DNA of 64,000 nucleotides from an uncultured Actinomycetota bacterium (GTDB lineage: Bacteria; Actinomycetota; Actinomycetes; S36-B12; GCA-2699445). Positions 50,093 to 59,370 of this stretch are shown in pieces. Made by a program: the position numbers and the translations under genes. Numbering within the stretch: the stretch's first letter is position 1; every line of letters starts with the position of its first letter. Under the pieces are notes generated by a model, which was given only the letters and a program-made list of their open reading frames with translations, was not told where the DNA came from and searched no databases. Location of the stretch: positions 28,197 through 92,196 of the forward strand of contig CAVPOB010000040.1 in the NCBI GenBank assembly GCA_963706835.1, read 5' to 3'.

Positions 50093-51554
50093 GCCCGGCC
50101 CGTCCGGGCTTCCAGCAGGTCCAGCACCTCGGCGCCGAGCAGCGAGATGTCACCGGCACCGAGCGTCATGATGATGTCGCCCGGCTCGGCGAACTCGACG
50201 AGACGCTCGCGGCACCATCGCCCAGGACGGCTCGAAGACGACGCTGCCGGTCAGGGCGCGGCACTGCGGCGGCCATGGCCTGGCCGCTGGCGCCGGGGAT
50301 CGGGGTCTCCCCCGGGGCGAAGACCTCCAGCACCACGACTCGGTCCGCGATGCCGAGCGCGTCGGCGAACTCCGTGAGGAAGAGGGCGGTGCGATAGTAG
50401 TGGTGGGCCTGGAACGCGACGATCACCTTCCCGTCCCCGACGAAGTCCTGCGCGGCCCGCAGCGTGGCAGCGATCTCGGTCGGGTGGTGGGCGTAGTCGT
50501 CGTAGACGCGCACCCCGGCCGCCTCCCCGACGTGAAGTCGAATCGGCGCCGCGTGCCGGTGAAGCTGCCAACCCGGCAAGGATGTCGGCGGCCGGGTAGC
50601 CGAGGCCGTGGACCACGGCGAACGCCGCTGTCGCGTTCAGCGCGTTGTGCAGACCGAGCACCTGCAGTTCGGCGACACCACCGTCGCCAGCGCGGGGCCG
50701 GATGCGCGATCGTGGCGCCGTCGGCGCGCTGCTGCTCGACACTCAGCCGATAGTCCGCGTCCTCGCTCGTGCCGTAGGTCCGCACCGCGATCCCGCTGGC
50801 CGCGCCCGCTCGGCCAACGCGCGCGCGCCCGGGATCGTCGAGGCAGATGCACCGCGAAGCCCTCCGCGATCGCGCCACCGACGCGACGAAGCCGTCGAAG
50901 CCGGCCTCCAGCGCCGACAGGTCGCCCCAGAAGTTCAGGTGGTCGGCTTCCAGATTGGTCACGACCGCCACATAGGGCTCCAGGCGCAGGAAGCAGCCGT
51001 CCGACTCGTCGGCCTCCACGACGAACCACGGGCGAGCCGGTGAAGCGACCGTTGGTACCCGGTCTGGCTCATCTCCGAGCCCACGATGTAGGACGGGTCG
51101 GCCCCGCAGTGCAGCAGCGCGACCGTGACCATGGAGGTCGTCGTGGTCTTGCCGTGGGTACCGCCCTACGGCAATGGGCCGAGCGCCCGCGCATCGCGGA
51201 TCGCCAGGGCGGCAGAGCGCTCCATGACCCGCAGACCACTGCGGCCGGGCGGCCGACCAGTTCCGGGTTGTCGTCGGACACCGCCGTGGAGTACATGACC
51301 GTGGTGGCGTCACCCAGATGCGCCGCATCGTGGCCGACGTAGGTCGGTCGCGCCCTGCTCGCGCAGCGCCGCCAGTCGCTTGCTGTCCTTGGCGTCGCTG
51401 CCGGACACCGGCCACGCCTCGGTCCAGCAGCATCCGGGCAATCGCGCTCATCCCCGCCCCGCCGATACCCAGGATGTGGACCGCGCCGAGTTGGTCCGGG
51501 ATCGACCACCTCCAGGTCGGAGGCGACCGTGGCGACGTTGGGGCCGTCGGTCAT
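50089..51554 (-). pseudogene. murC: UDP-N-acetylmuramate--L-alanine ligase; 12 or more frame breaks
   Basis: MTDGPNVATVASDLEVV (ATG 51554), [160 protein letters not shown] and [21 protein letters not shown] lie in all three frames. The stop overlaps the ftsQ ATG. Confidence 0.92.
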
Positions 51555-52661
51555 GATCGAGCACCCTTCCCGCGAGGCGACGGCCTGCAGCGACAGCCGG
51601 GCCAGTCGCGCGTCGCCGTCCCGCACGCCGTAGGCCGCCGCCGCTGCGGCCATGCCTGCGCAAGGCGTCGGCCTGCCCGATGAGATCTCCCACCGTGGCG
51701 AGGAAGCGCTGCGGCGTCATGTCGGCATCATCGACCAGCATCGCCGCCGCCGGCCCGCACGACGGGCTCGGCGTTGAAGCGCTGCTCCCCGTTGCCGATC
51801 GGGAAGGGAACGTAGACCGCCGGCAGCCCGACGGCTGCGATCTCGCCACACGTCATCGCACCCGAGCGGCACACCGCCAGATCGGCCGCGGCATAGGCGA
51901 GGTCCATCCGGTCGACGTACGGCACCGGGACGTAGTGCATGCGGTCCATCCGGCGCCGCCGGCACCAGCGCCGTGTCGGTCTTGGGGCCGTACGCGTGCA
52001 GGATGCTGATCTCGCGGTCGCGCAGTTGCGGCAGCGCGCCCCAGACCGCCTCGTTGAGCCGCTTGGCGCCCTGGGATCCGCCGAACACCAGCACGCAGGG
52101 TGCGTCGGGGTCCAGTCCGAAGAACGCCCGCCCGGCCCCCCGCTCGGCGTATCGGTCCAGACCGGAGATCGCGGTGCGCAGCGGCAGGCCGAGCCGCACG
52201 GCCCCCGGCAGGCTGCCGGCATAGTTCTCGGCGACGAAAGGCGTGAAGCGAGCACCCACCCGATTGGCCAGGCCGGGCTTCGCGTTCGCCTCGTGCACGA
52301 CGATGGGCACTCCAGGCTGACGAGCGGCGAAGTAGGCGGGGATCGACACGTAGCCGCCGAAGCCAACCACCACGTCGGCAGCGGTCGTTGCAGCACGGCC
52401 TTCACAGCCGCTATCGAGGTCCGCAGCCGCCCGGGCAGGGTTGCCAGGTCCTTGCCGGGCTTGCGCGGCAGCGGCACCGGCGGGATCAGTTCCAACGGGT
52501 AGCCGCGTGGCGGGCACGAGCCTGGTCTCCAGGCCCTTCTCCGTGCCCAGCGCGGTGATCGCCACGTCCTGCTCGTGGTCGCGCAGGTAGTCCGCGAGGT
52601 TCATGGCGGGCTCGATATGGCCGGCGGTGCCGCCACCGGCCACCACGACATTGATCGTCAT
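51551..52661 (-). pseudogene. murG: undecaprenyldiphospho-muramoylpentapeptide beta-N-acetylglucosaminyltransferase; at least 5 frame breaks
   Basis: [26 protein letters not shown] (ATG 52661), [59 protein letters not shown] and [50 protein letters not shown] alternate between ORFs 51717..52994, 51728..52495 and 51448..51849. Confidence 0.92.
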
Positions 52662-53948
52662 GTCGCGCCCTTCTCCTGGGGTTGCCGGTGCTGGCCGCCG
52701 GTCCGCGCACGGCGCTCGGATCGCCCCGCAGCGGGACGGGCCCGAGAGGTCCCGAAGCGCGGCGGCGCAGCGGGGCCGTGCACGGACCTGTTTGGCGAGG
52801 ACCAGCAGGATCACGCCGATCCCCATCAGCACCGGGATCAGCGAAGAGCCCCCGTAGGAGACCAGCGGCAGGGTGACACCGGTGATCGGCAGCAGTTTGA
52901 GGGTGGCACCGATGTTGGTGATCACCTGGACCATCAGCCACATCGCCACGCCCGCCGCCACGAACTGCGTGAACCGATCAGAGGTCAGCTGCACCAGTCG
53001 CAGGATCGCGAAGATGAGCAGACCGAAGAGAGTGAGCGACGCTCAGCGTGCCGATCAGGCCGAGCTCCTCACCCAGGACGGCGAAGATGAAGTCGGTGTG
53101 CGCGGCGGGGAGCGTGCCCCACTTCTCCCTGCTGCCGCCCAGGCCCACGCCGAACAGCCCACCCGTGCCGAAGGCGTACATCCCCTGCGTCACCTGCCAC
53201 GCCCCATCCAGCCGATCGGCTTCGGGGTTGAGGAACGACGTGAACCGCTGCACCCGGTAGGGCGCGATCCAGGCCAGGAAGACCACACGCCGCCAGTCCC
53301 ACCGCTCCGATGAGCGCGAACAGGCGCAGCGGGGCCCCCGCCACGAACAGCAGCCCGCACAAGATGGACCATCAGGATCATCGCGTTGCCGAAGTCCCCC
53401 TCGAGCAGGACGAGGATGACCAGCAGCAACCCAACCGGCAGGACCGGTAGGAGGAGTCGGTGCCAATCGGTAACCGCGCGGTGTCGTCGCGCCAGCGCGT
53501 CGGCGCCCCACAGGATCAGTGCGAGTTTGGCGAACTCGCTGGGCTGGATCCGCAGCGTGCCCCCGATGCCGATCCAGTTGCGCTGACCGCCCACCTCGAT
53601 ACCGATCCCGGGGATCAGCACGAGCAGCAGCAGGAAGACCACGATCGCGAGGAAGGGCACCGCGAGACTGCGGATCAGCGTCAGGGGCAGGCGCGAGATG
53701 AGCACCAGCGCCACCACGCCCAGGACGGCGAACAGCCCCTGCTTGGTCAGCGTGGCCAGGCTGGAGCTGCCGCTCTGGATGCTGCCAATCGATGACGCCG
53801 ACCACACCATCAGCAGGCCCAGGGTCAGCAGGAGGAACGTCGAGCCCACGACCAGGTACGGGATAGACCGAGGCCGGCCGAGGCTGCGGTGCACCCGCTG
53901 CACGGACCGGCGCAACAGTCCCGGGTCATCCAGTTCCGCTGCCCTCAT
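52658..53948 (-). pseudogene. ftsW: FtsW/SEDS-family peptidoglycan glycosyltransferase; at least 4 frame breaks
   Basis: MRAAELDD..YLVVGSTFLLLTLGLLMVWSAS..IQPSEFAKLALILW (ORF 53190..53948), LCGLLFVAGAPLRLFAL (53069..53362), FLNPEADRLDGAWQVTQGMYAFGTGGLFGVGLGGS..LPAAHTDFIFAVLGEELG (52978..53805) and LLPITGVTLPLVSYGGSSL (51717..52994). The stop is only reachable in another frame (ATGA with murG). Confidence 0.9.
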
Positions 53949-55371
53949 CGCGACCTTCCTGCATCGCCAGCACCGCCTCGGCGAAGGCGTCGCCCCGGTG
54001 ACCGTAGTTGCGGAACATGTCCCACGACGCGCACCCGGGCGCCAGCAGTACGCAGTCGCCCGACTGGGCCGCGGCGGCTGCCGCAGCTACGACCTCGGCC
54101 ATCGCCCCAGTGTCGGTCCTATCGATGTCGATGCGGGGGACATCGGGGGCGTGTCGGCGCAGCGCGGCCGCCACCTCGCCGCGGTCGATGCCGAGCAGGA
54201 CCACTGCCCGCAGCCGGTCTGCCACCTTCGGCACCAGCTCGTCGAAGGACTGCCCCTTCGCCATCCCGCCGGCGATCCAGACCACGTGGTCGAACGCGGC
54301 CAGCGATGTCTGCGCAGCATGGGCATTGGTGGCCTTGGAATCGTCGATGTACTGCACGCCGTCGATGGTGGCGACGTGGGCGATGCGGTGGGCCGCGGGC
54401 CGGAAGTTCCGCAGCCCGTCCCGCACCGCGCTCGGCGCGACGCCCCAGGCACGCGCCAGGGCAGCCGCTGCCAGGGCGTTGGCCACCTGGTGCGGCGCCC
54501 GCGGGTGGACGTCGTCCAGCGCGGCGAGTTCCTGGGCGGAGTTGCGGCGATCGGCGACGAAGGCACGGTCCACCAGCAGGTCCTCCACCACACCCAGCTC
54601 TGACGGGGCGGGCGGGCCGAGGCCGAACCCGATCGCGCGGCACCCCTCGATGACGTCCGCCTCCTGGACCATGCGCAGCGTCGCGGGGTCGGCCACGTTG
54701 TAGACCGCCGCCACTCGGGTGCGCTCGTAGGCCTTGGCCTTGGTGGACACGTACTGCTCGAAGGTGCCGAAGTGATCGACGTGGTCCTCGGCGATGTTCA
54801 GGCAGACCGTGGAATGGGGGCTCACGGTGTGCCAGAACGGCAACTGCGGGGCGCCGATCTCGACCGCGATCACATCGAGCCGCTGCTTGGCGACCACGCT
54901 GACCAGCGAGGTCCCGATGTTGCCGGCCGCCACGGTGGCCGCACCAGCCGCCCGCAGGATCGACTCCAGCATCAGTGTCGTCGTCGTCTTGCCGTTGGTA
55001 CCGGTGATGACCAGCCAGTCCGCAGCCGTCGAAGGGTCCTGCAGCCGCCATGCCAACTCCAGCTCCCCCCAGACCGGCAATCCGGCCCCGAGTGCCGCCC
55101 GAATGATGGGGGCGGTGGGCGGGAAGCCCGGCGATACCACGAGCAGGTCCAGGCCGTCGGGCAGTGTATCCGCATCGCCCAACCGCACCTCAGCGCCCAG
55201 GTCGGTCAGGGCTCCCGCCCGCTCCTGACGCTGCGCATCGGTGCCCGCGTCCACCGCCACCACCGCAGCCCCTCGTTCCAGAAGTGCCTCGGCGCAGGCG
55301 AACCCGGCAACGCCGATCCCCGCTACCGCCACCCGTTGGCCGGCGAACTCGCCCCTGTCGGCTGCGCTCAT
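53926..55371 (-). CDS. murD: UDP-N-acetylmuramoylalanine--D-glutamate ligase
   Basis: C-terminal 481 aa of ORF 53926..56703: MSAADRGEFAGQRVAVAGIGVAGFA...ITGTNGKTTTTLML...DDSKATN. ATG 55371 overlaps the mraY stop. Confidence 0.95.
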   Translation of the reverse strand: MSAADRGEFAGQRVAVAGIGVAGFACAEALLERGAAVVAVDAGTDAQRQERAGALTDLGAEVRLGDADTLPDGLDLLVVSPGFPPTAPIIRAALGAGLPVWGELELAWRLQDPSTAADWLVITGTNGKTTTTLMLESILRAAGAATVAAGNIGTSLVSVVAKQRLDVIAVEIGAPQLPFWHTVSPHSTVCLNIAEDHVDHFGTFEQYVSTKAKAYERTRVAAVYNVADPATLRMVQEADVIEGCRAIGFGLGPPAPSELGVVEDLLVDRAFVADRRNSAQELAALDDVHPRAPHQVANALAAAALARAWGVAPSAVRDGLRNFRPAAHRIAHVATIDGVQYIDDSKATNAHAAQTSLAAFDHVVWIAGGMAKGQSFDELVPKVADRLRAVVLLGIDRGEVAAALRRHAPDVPRIDIDRTDTGAMAEVVAAAAAAAQSGDCVLLAPGCASWDMFRNYGHRGDAFAEAVLAMQEGRDEGSGTG

Positions 55372-56435
55372 GTGGTCACCCACTCCGCGTAGAAGATGGT
55401 CAGGCCCATCCCCACCATGAGGGCGTGGATGATCCAGAACCGCACGACGATGAGGATCTCCGGCCAGCCCACCAGTTCGAAGTGGTGATGCAGCGGGGCC
55501 ATCCGGAAGACGCGCTTCCCGGTGAGTTTGAAGGAGCCGACCTGCAGGATCACCGAGACGGTGATGACGACGAACAGGCCGCCGGTCAGCACGAGCAGCA
55601 ACTCGGTGCGCGTCATGATGGCCAGAGCGGCGATGGCACCGCCGATGGCCAACGATCCGGTGTCGCCCATGAAGATGCGGGCCGGCGAGGTGTTCCACCA
55701 GAGGAAGCCGAAGACGGCACCGGCGCAGGCGGCGGCGAAGACGCCCAGGTCGAGCGGGTCGCGCACGGTGTAGCAGGGATCGAAGGGATCCACCGCGCAC
55801 TGGTTGTTGAACTGCCACACCGTCATCAGCAGGTAGGCCACGAAGGTGATGAGAGCGGCGCCGCTGGCCAGTCCGTCCAGCCCATCGGTGAGGTTCACAC
55901 TGTTGGTGGCCGCGGTGACCAGCAGCCAGATCCAGAACACGAACAGCGCCAGCGGCAGTTCCCAGTTGAAGTCGCGCAGCACCGAGATCGCCTGCGAGGC
56001 CGGTGTCTGCCCGAAGTCGTCGGGGAAGTTCACCGAGAGCACGGCGAAGGAGATGGCCACGAAGGCCTGCCCAAGCAGCTTCGTGCGGGCACGGATACCG
56101 GTGGAGCGCTGCTTGAAGATCTTGAGGTAGTCGTCGGCCATCCCCACCATGCCCAGGCCGATCGTCAGGTAGAGCGCCAGCAGCCCGGTGGGGGTGGGCG
56201 GCGACCAGAAGAGCAACTGGGTGCCGAAATAGCCGATCACCAGGCCGCCGATGATGGCCAGGCCGCCCATCGAAGGTGTGCCGACCTTGCCCTCGTGGGC
56301 GGGGTACTGCACGTCGTCGGTCGACTCGCGGATGGCCTGCGAGTAGCCATGGCGACGCAGGAACCTGATGAGCATCGGCGTGCCCAGCAGGGACACCAGG
56401 CCGGCGATGCCGGCGGCCAGGACGATCGACCTCAT
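55368..56435 (-). CDS. mraY: phospho-N-acetylmuramoyl-pentapeptide transferase
   Basis: Intact 355-aa polytopic ORF: GTPSMGG...NSVNLTDGLDGLA...MGDTGSLAIGG...APLHHHFE. Confidence 0.95.
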   Translation of the reverse strand: MRSIVLAAGIAGLVSLLGTPMLIRFLRRHGYSQAIRESTDDVQYPAHEGKVGTPSMGGLAIIGGLVIGYFGTQLLFWSPPTPTGLLALYLTIGLGMVGMADDYLKIFKQRSTGIRARTKLLGQAFVAISFAVLSVNFPDDFGQTPASQAISVLRDFNWELPLALFVFWIWLLVTAATNSVNLTDGLDGLASGAALITFVAYLLMTVWQFNNQCAVDPFDPCYTVRDPLDLGVFAAACAGAVFGFLWWNTSPARIFMGDTGSLAIGGAIAALAIMTRTELLLVLTGGLFVVITVSVILQVGSFKLTGKRVFRMAPLHHHFELVGWPEILIVVRFWIIHALMVGMGLTIFYAEWVTT

Positions 56436-57838
56436 CGCCGCCCACCACCTTCGGGGGAGTCAGCCAGCAGCGCCTCCGCCACGCGTTCCAGCGCCACGCC
56501 ACGGGATGCCTTGACCAGGACGACATCGCCGGGGGCCACTCCCGCGCGCACCTGCGCGATCGCGGCGGCCACGTCCGGGACCCAGGTCGATTCGCCGTCC
56601 CAGGAACCCTCGTGGCTGGCACCCAGATCGATGGCCCGCGCCCCCTCGCCCACCGCAACGGTGTGACCGATGTTGAGGCGCACCGCCAACCGGCCCAGGG
56701 CATCGTGCTCGGCGGCCGAGTCGCGGCCCAACTCCAGCATCTCCCCCAGCACCGCCCAGGTGCGCCCGCCGGTCTGCCGGCCCATCGCCGCCAGCGACTT
56801 CAGGGCGGCCCGCATGGACTCCGGGTTGGCGTTGTAGGCGTCGTTGACCACGATGACGCCGCTGGGGGCCGTGCGGACATCCATGCGCAGCGCGGACCGG
56901 GCGGTCGCTGCGGACAGCGCCGCGGCGATCTGGTCCAGTGGCATGCCCAGGGCCAGGCCGACGGCGGCGGCCGCGGCGGCGTTGGCGGCCTGATGCTCGC
57001 CGTGCACCTGCAGGGCCACATCGGCGTGCGCGTCAGCGGTCGCGAGTCGGAATCGTGGACGCGCCATGGCATCCAGCCGCAGATCAGCGATCCGGACATC
57101 GGAGGTCGCAGCCTCGCCGAAGGTGAGCACCTCTGCGTCGGTCGCGGAGGCGAGTTCGGCCACGATCGGGTCATCGGCGGTCAGTATTGCGCAGCCGTCG
57201 CGCGGCAGGTCCACGATGATCTCGCTCTTGGCCTTCGCGATGGCCGCCCTGCTGCCGAACTCTCCCAGATGGGCGCTGCCGACGTTGAGCAGGACGCCGA
57301 CCTTCGGTGGCGCGATATCGCACAGGTAGGCGATGTGCCCCACGCCTCGCGCCCCCATCTCCAGGACGAGCGTGCGGGTCGTCTGGTCGGCCTGCAGCAC
57401 GGTCAGCGGCAGCCCCACCTCGGTGTTGAAGGATCCGGAAGGGGCGACCACCGGACCCCGCCGCTGCACGACTTGGGCGATCAGGTCCTTGGTGCTGGTC
57501 TTGCCGGAGGAGCCGGTCACGGCAACCACATCGAGGTCCGGCAGCCGATCGATCACCGCGCGCGCCAGCGTGCCCAGCGCCTCCACGGAGTCGGGCACGA
57601 CGACGGTCGGCACCCCGGTCGGCCGCTCTCCCAACACGCCACAGGCACCGGCGGCCATCACCTCCGCGGCGAAGGTGTGCCCGTCCACCCGCTCTCCGAC
57701 GATCGCAACGTAGAGCTGCCCCTGCTGCACCAGCCGGGAATCGGCGGCGGCACCGGTGACGATCGGATCGTCAGCGCCCGGATCGTGCAGCTCACCGCCG
57801 ACGATCCGGGCCACCTCTGACAGCTTCAGGGCAATCAT
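56432..57838 (-). CDS. murF: UDP-N-acetylmuramoyl-tripeptide--D-alanyl-D-alanine ligase
   Basis: Intact 468-aa ORF: VTGSSGKTSTKDL...NDAYNANPESM. Confidence 0.95.
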   Translation of the reverse strand: MIALKLSEVARIVGGELHDPGADDPIVTGAAADSRLVQQGQLYVAIVGERVDGHTFAAEVMAAGACGVLGERPTGVPTVVVPDSVEALGTLARAVIDRLPDLDVVAVTGSSGKTSTKDLIAQVVQRRGPVVAPSGSFNTEVGLPLTVLQADQTTRTLVLEMGARGVGHIAYLCDIAPPKVGVLLNVGSAHLGEFGSRAAIAKAKSEIIVDLPRDGCAILTADDPIVAELASATDAEVLTFGEAATSDVRIADLRLDAMARPRFRLATADAHADVALQVHGEHQAANAAAAAAVGLALGMPLDQIAAALSAATARSALRMDVRTAPSGVIVVNDAYNANPESMRAALKSLAAMGRQTGGRTWAVLGEMLELGRDSAAEHDALGRLAVRLNIGHTVAVGEGARAIDLGASHEGSWDGESTWVPDVAAAIAQVRAGVAPGDVVLVKASRGVALERVAEALLADSPEGGGRR

Positions 57839-59370
57839 GATTGCTCCAACCGTGCCACGCCCGGCTGCCGGATAGCCTCCAGAACCTCCACCCGGTCGTC
57901 GAACGGCGCGACCACGCCCCGCACCTCCTGGCCCTGCTCGTGCCCCTTGCCGAGGACGAGCACCACATCGCCGGGCTGGGCGCCCAGCACAGCGGCCCGG
58001 ATCGCTGCGCGCCGATCGCCGATTTCGCGCACCCGGCGCAGGAACGGATCCGGGACGCCCGCCAGGACCTGCGCTCGGATGGCTGCCGGATCCTCGGACC
58101 GGGGATTGTCATCGGTCACGATGACCTCGTCGGCGGTTGTTGCCGCGATCTCGCCCATTTTGGGGCGCTTGTCGCGGTCCCGGTCGCCCCCGCAGCCGAG
58201 GACGACGATGACGGAGCCGATGGCGAGCTCGCGCGCCGCAGCGATCACCCGGTGCACGGCATCGGGCGTGTGGGCATAGTCCACGAAGACGGGGAAGGCC
58301 GCGAACTGGGCGCCGATGCGCTCCATGCGGCCCGGCACGGAGCGGGCCAGCAGCAACCCCTGCCGAGCGTGATCGGCCGAGACTCCCGCGGCCCGCAGGG
58401 TCACGTAGGCCCCCAGCGCGTTCGCGGCGTTGAACAGCCCCGGCAGCGGGGACTCCAAGCGCAGCGTCCCGCCGTCCGGGCCGGCGACGGACAGCGCGAG
58501 ATGGCCGGTCGGCGTCGGCTCGACGCGCCAGGCCCGCCAGTCCGCATCAGCCCCGCCGGCGCCCACGGCATAGGTCTGCACCGGTAGAGGGGACTGCGCC
58601 GCCAGCCGTACGCCCCAGTCGTCGTCCACGCACACGACGGCCTCGCCGCTGCGCGCTTGCGTGAACAGGCCCGCCTTGGCGGCGAAGTACTCCTCCATCG
58701 TGCCGTGGAAGTCCAGATGGTCCTGGGTGAGGTTCGTGAACAGGGCGACGTCGAAGCGAAGCCCATCGACGCGGCCCATCATCAGGGCGTGCGAGGACAC
58801 CTCCATGACCACGGCCGTCACGCCCTGTTCCCGCATGACCGCCAGCAGCGCATGCACATCGGGGGCCTCCGGTGTGGTGCGCGCCGAGGGCACCACGCGG
58901 TCATCCACCCAGATGCCGGTCGTGCCGATGACGCCGGTGCGGTATCCGGCGGCGCTCAGGCCGCCCTCGATGAGGTAGCTGGTGGTGGTCTTGCCGTTGG
59001 TCCCCGTGATGCCGATGAGCAGCAACTGCTCGCTCGGGTCGCCGTAGACCCAGCGCGACAGATCCCCCAGCACTGCGCGCGGGTGAACGACGATCGCGTG
59101 TGCCAGTCCCGTCGCGGCCGCTGCGGCCGAACCGGCCGGGTCGGTCAGGATCGCGACGGCTCCCGCCGCCTTCGCCGCCGCGGCGAAGTCCGCGCCGTGG
59201 ACGTTGGACCCCGGCAGTGCGGCGTAGATGTCGCCCGGCTGCACCGAGCGGGAGTCGTTGGTGATGCCGCTCACCTCGGTGCCGCCGGGCACGGGGTCGT
59301 GCCACTCGATCCCGGCCGCGTCACATTCGGCGAGCGCTCGGAAACGCGGAGCGGGCCGCAGCGCGCTCAC
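57835..59370 (-). CDS. murE: UDP-N-acetylmuramoyl-L-alanyl-D-glutamate--2,6-diaminopimelate ligase
   Basis: Intact 511-aa ORF: GITGTNGKTTTSYL...DYAHTPDA...GCGGDRDRDKRP. The diaminopimelate (rather than lysine) specificity is inferred from family context only. Confidence 0.9.
   Translation of the reverse strand: MSALRPAPRFRALAECDAAGIEWHDPVPGGTEVSGITNDSRSVQPGDIYAALPGSNVHGADFAAAAKAAGAVAILTDPAGSAAAAATGLAHAIVVHPRAVLGDLSRWVYGDPSEQLLLIGITGTNGKTTTSYLIEGGLSAAGYRTGVIGTTGIWVDDRVVPSARTTPEAPDVHALLAVMREQGVTAVVMEVSSHALMMGRVDGLRFDVALFTNLTQDHLDFHGTMEEYFAAKAGLFTQARSGEAVVCVDDDWGVRLAAQSPLPVQTYAVGAGGADADWRAWRVEPTPTGHLALSVAGPDGGTLRLESPLPGLFNAANALGAYVTLRAAGVSADHARQGLLLARSVPGRMERIGAQFAAFPVFVDYAHTPDAVHRVIAAARELAIGSVIVVLGCGGDRDRDKRPKMGEIAATTADEVIVTDDNPRSEDPAAIRAQVLAGVPDPFLRRVREIGDRRAAIRAAVLGAQPGDVVLVLGKGHEQGQEVRGVVAPFDDRVEVLEAIRQPGVARLEQS

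Noticed and set aside
53926-56703. A 925-aa ORF suggesting a giant fusion protein upstream of murD.
   Set aside because: Only the last 481 aa (from ATG 55371) are MurD. The N-terminal part is an out-of-frame read-through of mraY and murF on the same strand, and both of those have their own intact frames.
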